Assembly (NCBI GenBank): GCA_964532385.1
Contig: CAZHHW010000001.1
Span: 27,268 to 91,267, forward strand
Direction of reading: 5' to 3'
From: an uncultured Gammaproteobacteria bacterium
GTDB taxonomy: Bacteria; Pseudomonadota; Gammaproteobacteria; SG8-11
Length of the DNA stretch: 64,000 bases
Shown here piece after piece: positions 1 through 9,201 of this stretch. The position numbers were made by a program, and so were the translations under genes. Below the pieces are notes generated by a model. The model searched no databases. It was not told the DNA's origin and was given only the letters and a program-made list of their open reading frames with translations. How positions within the stretch are numbered: the first letter of the stretch is position 1; every line of letters begins with the position of its first letter.

Positions 1-1
1 T

Positions 2-1102
2 GCGCTTGTCTATCCCGATGTGTCACTTACCGCGGTTGAATTATCGCAAGGGGCGATCCTCGCGGCACGCGACTGGTTCGCCCCAGTGAACGGCGGCATT
101 GTAAATCGCATGCGCATCGTTCGCGACGATGCGCGCCGTTTTCTGAGCAGCGAAACCGCGCTCTACGACGTGATTATCGGTGACCTGTTTCATCCCGACC
201 TGGCCGGGCGCAGCGCACTTTTGTCAGTGGAGCAATTTGCCCGGGCAAAGGCGCGCTTGCGCGACGGCGGGCTGTTTGTGCAGTGGATCGCATTGAATCA
301 ATTTGATGCGTCAAGTCTTGATATAGTATTGCGCAGTTTCAACCAGACTTTTCCGCATGCCGTGGTGTTCCTCGATCCATTTCGTCTGGCGTTGGTGGGT
401 AGCAAAAATCGCGTCGTGAACGCCCCCGCGGTGTTGGCGAATCTTGCGCGTTTATCCGCTGACACGCAGGACGGTGCAACCGGCGGTGAAGGTGAATGGA
501 CCTGGCTCGGACGTTATTTCGGGCCGATCCAAGCACTGCTGGACGACGGCGGTGATGTGCAGCATGAGATGGCGCCGCGTATTGAATATTTACTGCCCAA
601 GGCGCGTTATCGCGGCGAGCTTGACCTGGCGGCGCTGTTAACCAAATTACTCAAACAACGTCCCGCATGGCAGCGGGCTGCCGAAGAGCTGAGCGTGCCG
701 GCCGAGGCGCGCCCCGGATTCGAAAAAGCCTATGCAGCCACCGAGTTGGCCTTGGCCGGCTGGATCGCTACGCTGCGAGGACAGGGCAGCGAAGGCAGTC
801 GGTTATTGCAACTCGCGTATCAAGCTAATCCGCACGATCGCTGGGTGGGCGTTGCCTTGGTCACGCCGATCTGGACTCAGCTCGAAACCCTGCTGCGCCA
901 AGGTGCACGGGTGCAAGATACCTTCGGTAAAGATACGCGCGATGTATTGACCGCAATTCTGCGTATTCGCCCTGACCATGTGCCTGCATTAAAAATGCTG
1001 CTTGAGCTTGAACGCAGCGCGGATAATAAAGCGCGAGTTGCAGAGTTGCGTGCGCGCTTGATGCAGCTCAGCCCGCTGGATCGTGACAATAAAATTCTTT
1101 AG
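2..1102 (+). CDS. Spermidine-synthase-like (PABS fold) protein with C-terminal TPR-like region. The 5' end is truncated by the window edge.
   Basis: The reading frame is open from position 2 with no in-frame stop upstream of the listed GTG at 20. The 'DVIIGDLFHPD...LFVQW' segment resembles the C-terminal half of the spermidine synthase fold. TPR-like helices follow after residue ~200. Confidence 0.45.
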   Translation, partial: ALVYPDVSLTAVELSQGAILAARDWFAPVNGGIVNRMRIVRDDARRFLSSETALYDVIIGDLFHPDLAGRSALLSVEQFARAKARLRDGGLFVQWIALNQFDASSLDIVLRSFNQTFPHAVVFLDPFRLALVGSKNRVVNAPAVLANLARLSADTQDGATGGEGEWTWLGRYFGPIQALLDDGGDVQHEMAPRIEYLLPKARYRGELDLAALLTKLLKQRPAWQRAAEELSVPAEARPGFEKAYAATELALAGWIATLRGQGSEGSRLLQLAYQANPHDRWVGVALVTPIWTQLETLLRQGARVQDTFGKDTRDVLTAILRIRPDHVPALKMLLELERSADNKARVAELRARLMQLSPLDRDNKIL

Positions 1103-1314
1103 ATCGTCTTAAATTCAAGACCGTGATACCTGCTCAACGTCCGTTGAACGTGCGGGTTATGACATTTTTCATTGTAGTTTCCGGAACGGCTTGATGTAAT
1201 ATGCGCGCCTGACAACTTTGGTGTTTGTAGAGAACGCCTACCTCGGCAGATTTATCGTGCCCCGTTGTACCGATAATAAAGTCACGGGAATAGGCTTAAC
1301 CTCGGGAGTATTCC

Positions 1315-2007
1315 ATGCACAGATTTTCCGATAATTCCGCAGCTCATCCGCATGCCCAGCGTTATCTCGGTGCCGTGCTGGCGACCTTGTATTTGCTCTT
1401 GTCCGTGGGCCTGGCTGACGTCGCACAACGTGAATCGATCAAGACCGATCCGCGGTATCAGGATCCCGCGCTGCTTCAAATCGCGTGGGCGTTACCGGTC
1501 GCAAAAACCTATCGAGAGAGTTTTGAATATCAAGTAAATCCCATGTTTTGTGGACCCGCCACCGCCGTGAATGTGTTGAAATCGCTGGGCATTAAAAATT
1601 TTCAACAATCCAATGTGTTTAATTCCTCGAGCATCACTTATTTCAAAGCGCTCGCCATGGGATTAACGCTCGATGAAATGGCAACCCTGCTACACGACAC
1701 AAGCGGCTGGAAAGTGATCGCGTTGCACGACCTGACCTTGGCGCAGTTCCGTGAGCATCTCAAACGCAGCAATGACCCAGCATTGCGCTACACCATTAAT
1801 TTTCATCGCAAGCCACTGTGGGGATACAGCGCGGGCCACCACTCGCCCATCGGGGGCTATCTGGAAAAAGAAGATCTGGTGTTTGTGCTGGATGTATACG
1901 ATCCATTCAAACCGTTTTTGGTAAGCAGTGAAAGGCTCTTTGAAGCCATGAATACCGTGGATGATGAATCCCATAAAACGCGCGGTTTGCTGTTGCTTTC
2001 ACGCTAA
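1315..2007 (+). CDS. Exported phytochelatin-synthase-like papain-fold protein
   Basis: An N-terminal hydrophobic segment is followed by 'NPMFCGPATAVNVL', a plausible catalytic Cys. The 'GHHSPIGGY' segment matches the PCS catalytic-His signature 'GHFSPIGGY'. A Shine-Dalgarno 'GGGAG' lies upstream. Confidence 0.55.
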   Translation: MHRFSDNSAAHPHAQRYLGAVLATLYLLLSVGLADVAQRESIKTDPRYQDPALLQIAWALPVAKTYRESFEYQVNPMFCGPATAVNVLKSLGIKNFQQSNVFNSSSITYFKALAMGLTLDEMATLLHDTSGWKVIALHDLTLAQFREHLKRSNDPALRYTINFHRKPLWGYSAGHHSPIGGYLEKEDLVFVLDVYDPFKPFLVSSERLFEAMNTVDDESHKTRGLLLLSR

Positions 2008-2136
2008 AAATTCCAAAATTACAGCCCGCCGGAGAATAGTTGTACCTCCGAGACGAATGGCGGGTTTCGCAGATCATGCATACGTTTCTTGTAGATCTGA
2101 AGTGAAAAAAACAGCCGAAAATGCTATTGTGCGCCC

Positions 2137-3459
2137 ATGTCACGTAGCATCAGCTCGCTCAGCAAAATCCCGGTCAGCGTGGTTGCCATCAAGGCCGATA
2201 CCCGCCTGCATTGGCAGCGGCGCGCCGTGCAAATTGCCACCCTCGTGTTGGCTCTATTAATTCCTGTCAGCGGCTTGTTTCGCATCGACCCGGTGGCGGG
2301 AGCATTTACGATTCTCGACCGTCAGGTCTGGTGGGCGGACTTTTTTCTGGTATTCGGTTTCTGGATCATGCTGGCGGCACTGATGGTCACCGTCTATTCG
2401 TTCGTCGGTACCGCATTTTGCGGCTGGTCGTGTCCACAAAATACATTATCGGAGTGGGCCAACCAGCTCACACACAAACTGCTGGGACGCCGCGCCGAAG
2501 TCATCAATCTCAGCACGAGCGGAAAAATGCAGGTGGCGGCGGCGAAAAACAAATGGACGCACTGGCTGCTGCTGGGCGCGATTCTGTTCATCATGTCGGC
2601 AGTGGTCGCTTTGATTCCGCTGTTTTATTTTTATCCACCCAGCGCCGTGTGGGCCTTCGTGACATTTTCCAGTGATGCGCGGCTGGCGAGTTCGCTGCAT
2701 TTTATTTATTTTATTTTCGTGCTGGTGATTCTGCTCGACGTGGCGTTTATCCGCCATTACTGGTGCCGCTTCATGTGTGTGTACAAAGTATGGCAGCATG
2801 GTTTCAAAACCCAGCAAACCTTGCACATCGCCTATGACGCGACGCGCAGCGCCGATTGCGAAGGCTGCAATTATTGTGTCACGTCCTGCTTCATCGATTT
2901 GGACCCGCGTAAAACCGACATGTACGACACCTGCATCAATTGCGGCGAATGTATTACCGCATGCAACAAGATGCATGCAAAATCCGGCACATCGGGTCTG
3001 CTGAAATTCGCCATCGGCGCACGCAGCGGCTCCGGCAAGTTGCGCGCTGTGCTGCGCACCGCCGTGGGTTCATTGTCGCAACGCATGCAAATGACCGTGC
3101 CTATCGCATTGCTTGGCGTGGGGATGTTTGTATGGGGCTTGTGGAGCTATCAGGGTTATCACTTGGCGGTGTATCAGTCCAATACCAATCATGGTGCGCA
3201 AATCAACGATTACCGGGTGGCGGTGTCCAATAAAGTGTATCGCCCCGCGCATTTAGCGATAAGCATCGACGGATTGCCTGCTGAAAGTTATTCCTTGGCG
3301 ACGAGCGATGCGCGCTTCAACGGCACCGGCCGCGTGGATATCAACTTGCACATCGCCGCAGGGCTGGCGCCAGGTATTCACACATTCCTGGTGCGCGTGC
3401 GCGCCGACGATGGTTGGGCAGACAGTTATCGAGTGCAACATTTTGTAGCGCGAGGTTAA
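2137..3459 (+). CDS. FixG/CcoG/RdxA-family polytopic membrane 4Fe-4S ferredoxin with C-terminal Ig-like domain
   Basis: Multiple TM helices are present. Two CxxCxxCxxxC clusters occur ('CEGCNYCVTSC', 'CINCGECITAC'). The C-terminal beta-rich ~100 aa resembles the FixG_C/IPT domain. Confidence 0.6.
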   Translation: MSRSISSLSKIPVSVVAIKADTRLHWQRRAVQIATLVLALLIPVSGLFRIDPVAGAFTILDRQVWWADFFLVFGFWIMLAALMVTVYSFVGTAFCGWSCPQNTLSEWANQLTHKLLGRRAEVINLSTSGKMQVAAAKNKWTHWLLLGAILFIMSAVVALIPLFYFYPPSAVWAFVTFSSDARLASSLHFIYFIFVLVILLDVAFIRHYWCRFMCVYKVWQHGFKTQQTLHIAYDATRSADCEGCNYCVTSCFIDLDPRKTDMYDTCINCGECITACNKMHAKSGTSGLLKFAIGARSGSGKLRAVLRTAVGSLSQRMQMTVPIALLGVGMFVWGLWSYQGYHLAVYQSNTNHGAQINDYRVAVSNKVYRPAHLAISIDGLPAESYSLATSDARFNGTGRVDINLHIAAGLAPGIHTFLVRVRADDGWADSYRVQHFVARG

Positions 3460-3463
3460 AGTT

Positions 3464-3910
3464 ATGAACGATACCGAAAAAAACGAACCCATCGGCCCCG
3501 TGGTTTCGAAAGGCGACTGGGGTGTGATACCGCAAGACAATTTTGGCTATACCTCGAATGAAGAGCGGCGCCAGAAACGCGGCCTCGAGGATTGGGAAAT
3601 GGTCGAAACCATACCTGAATCACAAGAGCGTGTGCCGCCCTGGTTTTTTGCCGTGATTGGCGCAGTGCTGCTCATGGCGATCGGCTTGAGTTTTCCGTTT
3701 TGGGGTGTACGTCCCGGCCATGAACGGCCCTGGCTGGACTGGGGTTTCGGTTTGGCGATTATTTATCTGGTGGTTTTCGGCACTTTTGTTTATTTCATGG
3801 TGAATTTCTACGGCTCCAAACTCGCGGGCCGGCTGGATTCCGATAAAGAAAATACGGACGTGCAGGCACAAGCCTCGGCTGCGAGCGAGAATGTCCCGGA
3901 AAAAAAGTAG
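3464..3910 (+). CDS. Hypothetical 2-TM membrane protein
   Basis: Two hydrophobic helices. The gene is tightly packed after the CcoG-like gene. The 'PPWFF' segment is reminiscent of the CcoP N-terminal PxWW motif, but this is weak. Confidence 0.4.
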   Translation: MNDTEKNEPIGPVVSKGDWGVIPQDNFGYTSNEERRQKRGLEDWEMVETIPESQERVPPWFFAVIGAVLLMAIGLSFPFWGVRPGHERPWLDWGFGLAIIYLVVFGTFVYFMVNFYGSKLAGRLDSDKENTDVQAQASAASENVPEKK

Positions 3911-4187
3911 TCTGCCGTGGATTGCCGCGCTGCTATTAAATGCGTGTAGTGCTCCCTTGCCCACACCGCCGCCGCTGCCCGATGCGGCGTCGCCCGTTGC
4001 GCAATTAATGTCCGACCGCTGCGGGCGCTGCCACGGCGCACCGCATCCCGCGCTGCATTCCGCCAATGAATGGCCAAACGTGGTGTTCCGCATGCAGAAG
4101 CATATGGCGCAAAAAGGTCAGCAAGCCTTGACCCCGGCTGAATATTCCACCGTGCTTGAGTATCTGCAAAAGCACGCGCGGCCATGA
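3891..4187 (+). CDS. Small lipoprotein with a single CXXCH haem-binding motif (putative monohaem c-type cytochrome)
   Basis: Signal peptide with lipobox 'LLNAC'. The 'CGRCH' motif is present. The gene overlaps its neighbours, consistent with an operon. Confidence 0.45.
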   Translation: MSRKKSSLPWIAALLLNACSAPLPTPPPLPDAASPVAQLMSDRCGRCHGAPHPALHSANEWPNVVFRMQKHMAQKGQQALTPAEYSTVLEYLQKHARP

Positions 4188-4564
4188 AGGCCTGGGTGTG
4201 GCTGGTTTTGACTTTTTCGCTGGCGGGATGTTCGAACGATATTCCGATTTACCGGTTCACACCGCAGCAGTGGAACGATGTCGTCATCACCGTTGAAGCC
4301 CGCCCCGGTCCCACGGCGGGGGCAGTCTGCGAGTTTTTGATCATGGCTTCCTTCGCCAACAATACCCCTGCGCACAGCATCATGGTGTCGATCCGCATGA
4401 ATGATCAGGGGCCGTGGAAACAGGCCATTCAGGACGGCATGGTGGGCGTATATCGGCGCTCGGATCGCGTCGATAATCTGGATACCGATGTGTTGTACAT
4501 CCAGATGAAGCGCAAAGACGAAGAGGGAGTGCTGCGCTTTGCGCTAAAAGATCGGCAGATTTAA
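4184..4564 (+). CDS. Hypothetical lipoprotein (position suggests a FixH/CcoH-like role)
   Basis: Lipobox 'LAGCS'. ATGA overlap with the upstream gene. Beta-rich periplasmic domain. Confidence 0.4.
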   Translation: MKAWVWLVLTFSLAGCSNDIPIYRFTPQQWNDVVITVEARPGPTAGAVCEFLIMASFANNTPAHSIMVSIRMNDQGPWKQAIQDGMVGVYRRSDRVDNLDTDVLYIQMKRKDEEGVLRFALKDRQI

Positions 4565-4565
4565 G

Positions 4566-6548
4566 TTACGTCCTAGTGAAACACGCTCCCCGCTTGTCGA
4601 TGTATTGCGAGTGCAGCATTTGCACCGTCAGCACCAGCATCATGATCCATTCCAGCTTCATTAATGCGTAATACGAGCTCATATCGGTGGGTGTTTGCGC
4701 TTGCTCAATGCGCGTGCGCAGTGCGTGCACGTGCCCGGGGTCGAATACACCCGCATCATTCAATGCCTGTCTTGACAAATAAGGTTCGAGCAGCGCGTGT
4801 TGCGCCGGTGTGAAAAACCATGTGCGTATCGGCGTATAAAATGCTTTTTTCTTGAATTGTCCCGGATGCGGCGGCAAATGCGGCAACGCGATTTTTTTCA
4901 ACAGGTATTTTTCATCCATGCCGCGCAGTTTGAGATCGGGCGGGATGCGCGCGGCCAGTTCCACCAGCGGATGATCCAAAAAAGGCACGCGTGCTTCCAC
5001 GCCATGCGCCATGCTCATGCGGTCGCTGCGCCATAGAATCCAGCCCGGCAGGCGCGTCTTGGTTTCGATATACAACGACTGGTTCACGCGATGCCGGCCT
5101 TCGACCTGCGGCTTCATCGCCGCGGCCAGTTCATGTATGGGATCAGTAACGTGCGCAGCTTGCGCGAAATCCGGATTAAACAAACCCGGCAACTGGTCGG
5201 CTGTGATTTGCCAGAAATCTTGCCACGCCGGATAACAGCCGTAGCGATCGATCACCTGGCGCTGTTGTTCCGCTGCATGTTGCGTGTAAAGCATCTGTAT
5301 AAACGGCTCGGAAAAATTTTGCGTGTATTGCGTGAAGTACAGCAGCTCGCGCAGTTGCGGGTCGCGAATCTCGTTACCCCACAAGCGCATGTAATCCTGC
5401 CGGTAGCAGTCGTAACCAGCGAGGATTTCATCCGCTCCGTCGCCGGTATAGACCACCTTGTAACGGTTATTTTGTACCAGGCTTGACAATAAAAAATAAG
5501 GGACGTCCAATGCCATGCGTTGGGGCTGTTCCAGATGGTAAATCGCGGCTTCCAGCTCGTGAACGTAGCCTTCCGCTTTGCCTTCCTCCATCGTGACTTC
5601 GGTATTGCCGACGTTCAAATGCTGCGCGATAGCTCGATAAAGCGGCGATTCATCCAACGTGCTGTCGGCGAAATGCACTGAGAAAGTTTGCACCGGCTTA
5701 CCGTACGACTCGCCCAGCAACCAGGTCAACGCCGACGAGTCGATCCCGCCCGACAGATAAGCGCCGATCGGTACTTCACCGATCGTATGACTGGCCGCCG
5801 CATCTTCCAGCGCAGCGCGAAATTCGCGAGTCCAGAATTGTTCGTCATGCGACTCGTATTCATGTTCGCGCGGAAAATTGAGATCCCAATACTGTGTGAT
5901 TTTTGGCGCTTGTCCCGGATAGGCCATGATATGGCACCCGGGCGGCAATTCCAGCACGCCGGCAAAAGGCGTGTGCGGGCTGATTGCGAATTGATAGGTG
6001 AAATAACTGCGAATCGCGGCCGGGTTAAAACGTGGCTCCAACAACCCGGATGCGAACAACGCCTTGATCTCCGATGCGGCAATCAAGTGCTCACCGCTCC
6101 AGTGATAAAACAGAGGCTTGATGCCCAAGCGGTCACGCGCGATAAACAACGTGTGCGTCAGCGCGTCGTGCACCGCAAAGCTGAACATGCCGCGCAATTT
6201 ATGCACACACTCGGCACCTTCGCGGCGGTACAAATGCAAGATCACTTCGGTATCGGAGGCGCCGGCAAACTGCACGCCGTCGGCCTCCAGCGCGCTACGC
6301 AATTCCCGATAGTTGTAGATCTCGCCGTTAAAAATAATCGCGTGCCGTTGATCCGTGCTCACCATCGGCTGCGCTCCCCCGGCTACGTCAACGATGGAAA
6401 GTCGCGTGTGGCCCAAGGCGGCTTCATCTCGCAGTTCCACCGCATGCGCGTCCGGCCCGCGATGATTGAGCGCACGAGTCATGCGCTCGATCCGTTGCCG
6501 TTCAGGCGTTACGCCGCCACGGTGAAAAATAAGAGCGATGCCGCACAT
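4566..6548 (-). CDS. asnB: Asparagine synthase (glutamine-hydrolysing)
   Basis: The N-terminus 'MCGIALIFH' is the Ntn amidotransferase Cys2 motif. The 'SGGIDSS' PP-loop is present. The tracked ORF extends 19 codons upstream; the internal Met immediately before the Cys is the likely start. Confidence 0.85.
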   Translation of the reverse strand: MCGIALIFHRGGVTPERQRIERMTRALNHRGPDAHAVELRDEAALGHTRLSIVDVAGGAQPMVSTDQRHAIIFNGEIYNYRELRSALEADGVQFAGASDTEVILHLYRREGAECVHKLRGMFSFAVHDALTHTLFIARDRLGIKPLFYHWSGEHLIAASEIKALFASGLLEPRFNPAAIRSYFTYQFAISPHTPFAGVLELPPGCHIMAYPGQAPKITQYWDLNFPREHEYESHDEQFWTREFRAALEDAAASHTIGEVPIGAYLSGGIDSSALTWLLGESYGKPVQTFSVHFADSTLDESPLYRAIAQHLNVGNTEVTMEEGKAEGYVHELEAAIYHLEQPQRMALDVPYFLLSSLVQNNRYKVVYTGDGADEILAGYDCYRQDYMRLWGNEIRDPQLRELLYFTQYTQNFSEPFIQMLYTQHAAEQQRQVIDRYGCYPAWQDFWQITADQLPGLFNPDFAQAAHVTDPIHELAAAMKPQVEGRHRVNQSLYIETKTRLPGWILWRSDRMSMAHGVEARVPFLDHPLVELAARIPPDLKLRGMDEKYLLKKIALPHLPPHPGQFKKKAFYTPIRTWFFTPAQHALLEPYLSRQALNDAGVFDPGHVHALRTRIEQAQTPTDMSSYYALMKLEWIMMLVLTVQMLHSQYIDKRGACFTRT

Positions 6549-6658
6549 GTTGTAGTCGCCGCTGAATGCCGTGGGGTAGTGTAGCGTGGACGTACGCCGA
6601 TACAAACGCGCGGTCGTTGCAACATGGGCTTTGCAAAATCATCGAAAACAGTTGCAGA

Positions 6659-6686
6659 CAAAAAAATGGGCGGCATGTCGCCGCCC
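6659..6686 (-). terminator. Rho-independent terminator for the minus-strand lipoprotein gene
   Basis: The hairpin GGGCGGC-ATGTC-GCCGCCC is preceded on the + strand by an A8 run, which is a U-run on the minus strand. Confidence 0.5.
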
Positions 6687-6708
6687 AAAGCACTCGACCT
6701 CAGGGGAA

Positions 6709-8133
6709 TCAGCTGTCGATTTCGGCAGTATTTGCGGTCAGTACGCCATTGCTGAACAGACCGGTGATTTCAAGCGTGTCGCCCACCTGCACCGACCCCA
6801 TGTTCAGAAGAGCAGACAATTCGACGGTAATTCCGGCAATGGTGACTTGCGTGCCGGAGATTGCAGTCACGGGACCTTGCAATTTCACATCCATGGTGGT
6901 GCCGATATCACCATCATGCTCAAGCTTGGTTGCGACCAGCATGCCGTTCTCGATGGCAATATGCAGGTCGACGCTATCGCCGACCGCCAAGGTGCCAAGC
7001 GAAAAGTCATGCTTGACCTCGTCGTCTTGCTTGCCGATGAGCATGCTCAACGAATTCACGAATACCGTTTGACCCAGCACGGTGATGGTGCCCGCAGTGG
7101 TGTCGATGGCTTCGACATTGGCCCGAATCTTGATGCTCGCTTCATGACGGAATTTAATTTCATCCGCAACCAGCTTGCCATCCGCGTTCAAGGTGCCTTC
7201 AACTTCCAGCTTAGCGTCGACCGTGAGGGCGTCGGCCGTACCATTTTCAAATTCGGTGCCGCTGTCCACCAGCACGGTTTGGCCATTGAGTACAAACTCG
7301 GTTTTATCTGCATTGACCGAGCTCACCACGCCTTCGAGTTCGAACTCGTCGCCGGATTTGCCGTCGACACCTTTTTTGCCGTCGCCTTCAATTTCGACCT
7401 TGGTCGCCATCAACATGTTGTCGGCGGTAGGTGCGGTGTTGCTCTTCACTTCCACGTACAGGCCATTGGCAAGTGTGTGCTCAACTTGCGCGTCGCCGTA
7501 GTGAACCATGAGTGTGCCGAGCATGAAGGTCTGAGCGGTCGTATCCAATTCCGCGATGACGCCTTTCACTTCGATTTCGTCGCCCGCGTCCAGCGCGGCT
7601 TTTTTCACTTCCACGCGCGTGGCGAGAATGGTGCCGGTGCCTGAGGAATAGCCGCTGACTTCTACGATATTGCCTTCTGCGACATCGCCGATACCGGCGA
7701 TCGAGGTGACTTTGCTTTCAAACACCGTCGCCGCATCAATCGTCACGGTTTGACCCATCACAGTTAGTGTGCCGGTTCCATCCGCAGCTATATTTGTGGC
7801 TGTGACAATGCCTTCGAGTTCGTCGGCGTAGTTAATGTGGGTGGCGGTGCCGTGGATACCATCTTTATTCACACTGCCTTCGACAGTGACGACCATGCCG
7901 ATTTTCAGATTGCTGTCCTGGCCGGCAACTCCGTCGAGGATGACGCTGCTGCTGCCGGTTTCATATTCGACACCGTTGACGAACACGCTGCCGAAACCGG
8001 TAATAACACCGGTATGCTTCAGGCCTGTTGTGCTGGCCGCTCCGGTGCTGGAAGATGTGCCGCTGTTGCAGCCGGCAAAAGCCAAGGCTCCGAAAACGGC
8101 CAGCGCGATGGCTTTGTGTTGAAATGGTTTCAT
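6709..8133 (-). CDS. Multi-repeat lipoprotein (DUF5666-like OB/beta repeats), paralog A
   Basis: The signal peptide 'MKPFQHKAIALAVFGALAFAGC' carries a lipobox. About six ~75-aa repeats of the form 'G.I..F.V.G..V.V...T.FE...G..VEV.G' are present. The protein is about 50% identical to the 9198..10568 product. Confidence 0.6.
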   Translation of the reverse strand: MKPFQHKAIALAVFGALAFAGCNSGTSSSTGAASTTGLKHTGVITGFGSVFVNGVEYETGSSSVILDGVAGQDSNLKIGMVVTVEGSVNKDGIHGTATHINYADELEGIVTATNIAADGTGTLTVMGQTVTIDAATVFESKVTSIAGIGDVAEGNIVEVSGYSSGTGTILATRVEVKKAALDAGDEIEVKGVIAELDTTAQTFMLGTLMVHYGDAQVEHTLANGLYVEVKSNTAPTADNMLMATKVEIEGDGKKGVDGKSGDEFELEGVVSSVNADKTEFVLNGQTVLVDSGTEFENGTADALTVDAKLEVEGTLNADGKLVADEIKFRHEASIKIRANVEAIDTTAGTITVLGQTVFVNSLSMLIGKQDDEVKHDFSLGTLAVGDSVDLHIAIENGMLVATKLEHDGDIGTTMDVKLQGPVTAISGTQVTIAGITVELSALLNMGSVQVGDTLEITGLFSNGVLTANTAEIDS

Positions 8134-8193
8134 GATGTGTCTCCAGTGCAAGTCGTTTTAAGGGTGATATTTTCTGTGCGATTTTTGGGAGTT

Positions 8194-8218
8194 TAATCCC
8201 AAAACTGAGTTGGGATTA
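8194..8218. promoter_or_regulatory. Perfect inverted repeat TAATCCCAA-N7-TTGGGATTA in the divergent promoter region. A second site TTGGGA-N6-TCCCAA lies at 8317..8334.
   Basis: Read directly from the sequence. It lies between the divergent lipoprotein and HTH-regulator genes. Confidence 0.4.
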
Positions 8219-8364
8219 TTTTCCCAAAGATGCTTGGGGTCAATAGGGAAAATACCCTAGAATCCATGAAATGCGCATTAGGTCTCGAAACAGGTGTTCT
8301 TGTTCTAAGTCTATTATTGGGAATATAATCCCAACTATTACGGGAAGTACACACGTATAAAACA

Positions 8365-9201
8365 ATGGCCCACGATCAACGCCAACATGCTTTATTTAAT
8401 GCGGTCGCCAAGCTGCTGCGGCCGCTTATTCGCATGTTGTTACGGCATGGCGTTCCCTATGCCGCATTTGCCGATCTTGCAAAACGCGAATATGTAAATG
8501 TGGCTGCGGAAGAATTCGAAGTACCCGGTCGCAAACAAACCAACTCGCGCGTGGCGACGATCACCGGGTTGTCGCGTAAGGAAGTCCAGCGCGTAAAAAC
8601 GCTGGAAGGCATCGGTGATCCCATCGATGCCGTCGAAAAATATCATCGTGCCGCGCGCGTGGTTTCCGGCTGGGTGCATACGCAACAATTTTGCGGCAAA
8701 AATTCAGAGCCCTTGCCGCTACCCTTCGACGGTGGCGACATTAGTTTTAGTGCGCTGGTAAAAATGTTCAGCGGCGATGTGCCGCCGCGCGCCGTGCTTG
8801 ATGAATTAATGCGCAATGGTCTGGTGGAGCGCGACGCCGACGGCCAATTGCGCCTGGTGCAACGCGTCTATATCCCGAAATCCGGTGAGATCGAAAAGCT
8901 CGGCATTCTCGGCACCGATGTCGCGGGATTGATTGCGACCATCGATCACAACATTCAAGTGGGGGCAAAAGACCCATATTTTCAGCGCAAGGTGTACTAC
9001 GACAACCTGTCCGAAGAAGCGGTCGCCGAGTTACGGCTTTTGATCGCCGAGCGCAGTCAGGTGCAGCTCGAATTCATCAATCACTGGATGGCACAGCGTG
9101 ACCGCGACGTGAACCCGCAGGCGGGCGGAACCGGGCGTAAAGCAGCAGGTATCGGCATTTATTACTTCGAAGAGCAGGATTCGCAGGAGAAGAAGTCATG
9201 A
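8365..9201 (+). CDS. Putative HTH transcriptional regulator (uncharacterised family)
   Basis: The 'SRVATITGLSRKEVQRV' segment is helix-turn-helix-like. The gene sits between the two paralogous lipoprotein genes, and its stop overlaps the next start. Confidence 0.45.
   Translation: MAHDQRQHALFNAVAKLLRPLIRMLLRHGVPYAAFADLAKREYVNVAAEEFEVPGRKQTNSRVATITGLSRKEVQRVKTLEGIGDPIDAVEKYHRAARVVSGWVHTQQFCGKNSEPLPLPFDGGDISFSALVKMFSGDVPPRAVLDELMRNGLVERDADGQLRLVQRVYIPKSGEIEKLGILGTDVAGLIATIDHNIQVGAKDPYFQRKVYYDNLSEEAVAELRLLIAERSQVQLEFINHWMAQRDRDVNPQAGGTGRKAAGIGIYYFEEQDSQEKKS

Noticed and set aside
4566-6548. asnB as an exosortase/PEP-CTERM-associated amidotransferase
   Set aside because: No exosortase (EpsH), PEP-CTERM protein or polysaccharide genes are adjacent. 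It is treated as an ordinary asparagine synthase B.
6586-7644. 352-aa + strand ORF antisense to the repeat lipoprotein gene
   Set aside because: It is entirely antisense to a well-supported lipoprotein CDS. Its composition is Gly/His/Arg-rich and junk-like, as expected for a high-GC antisense frame.
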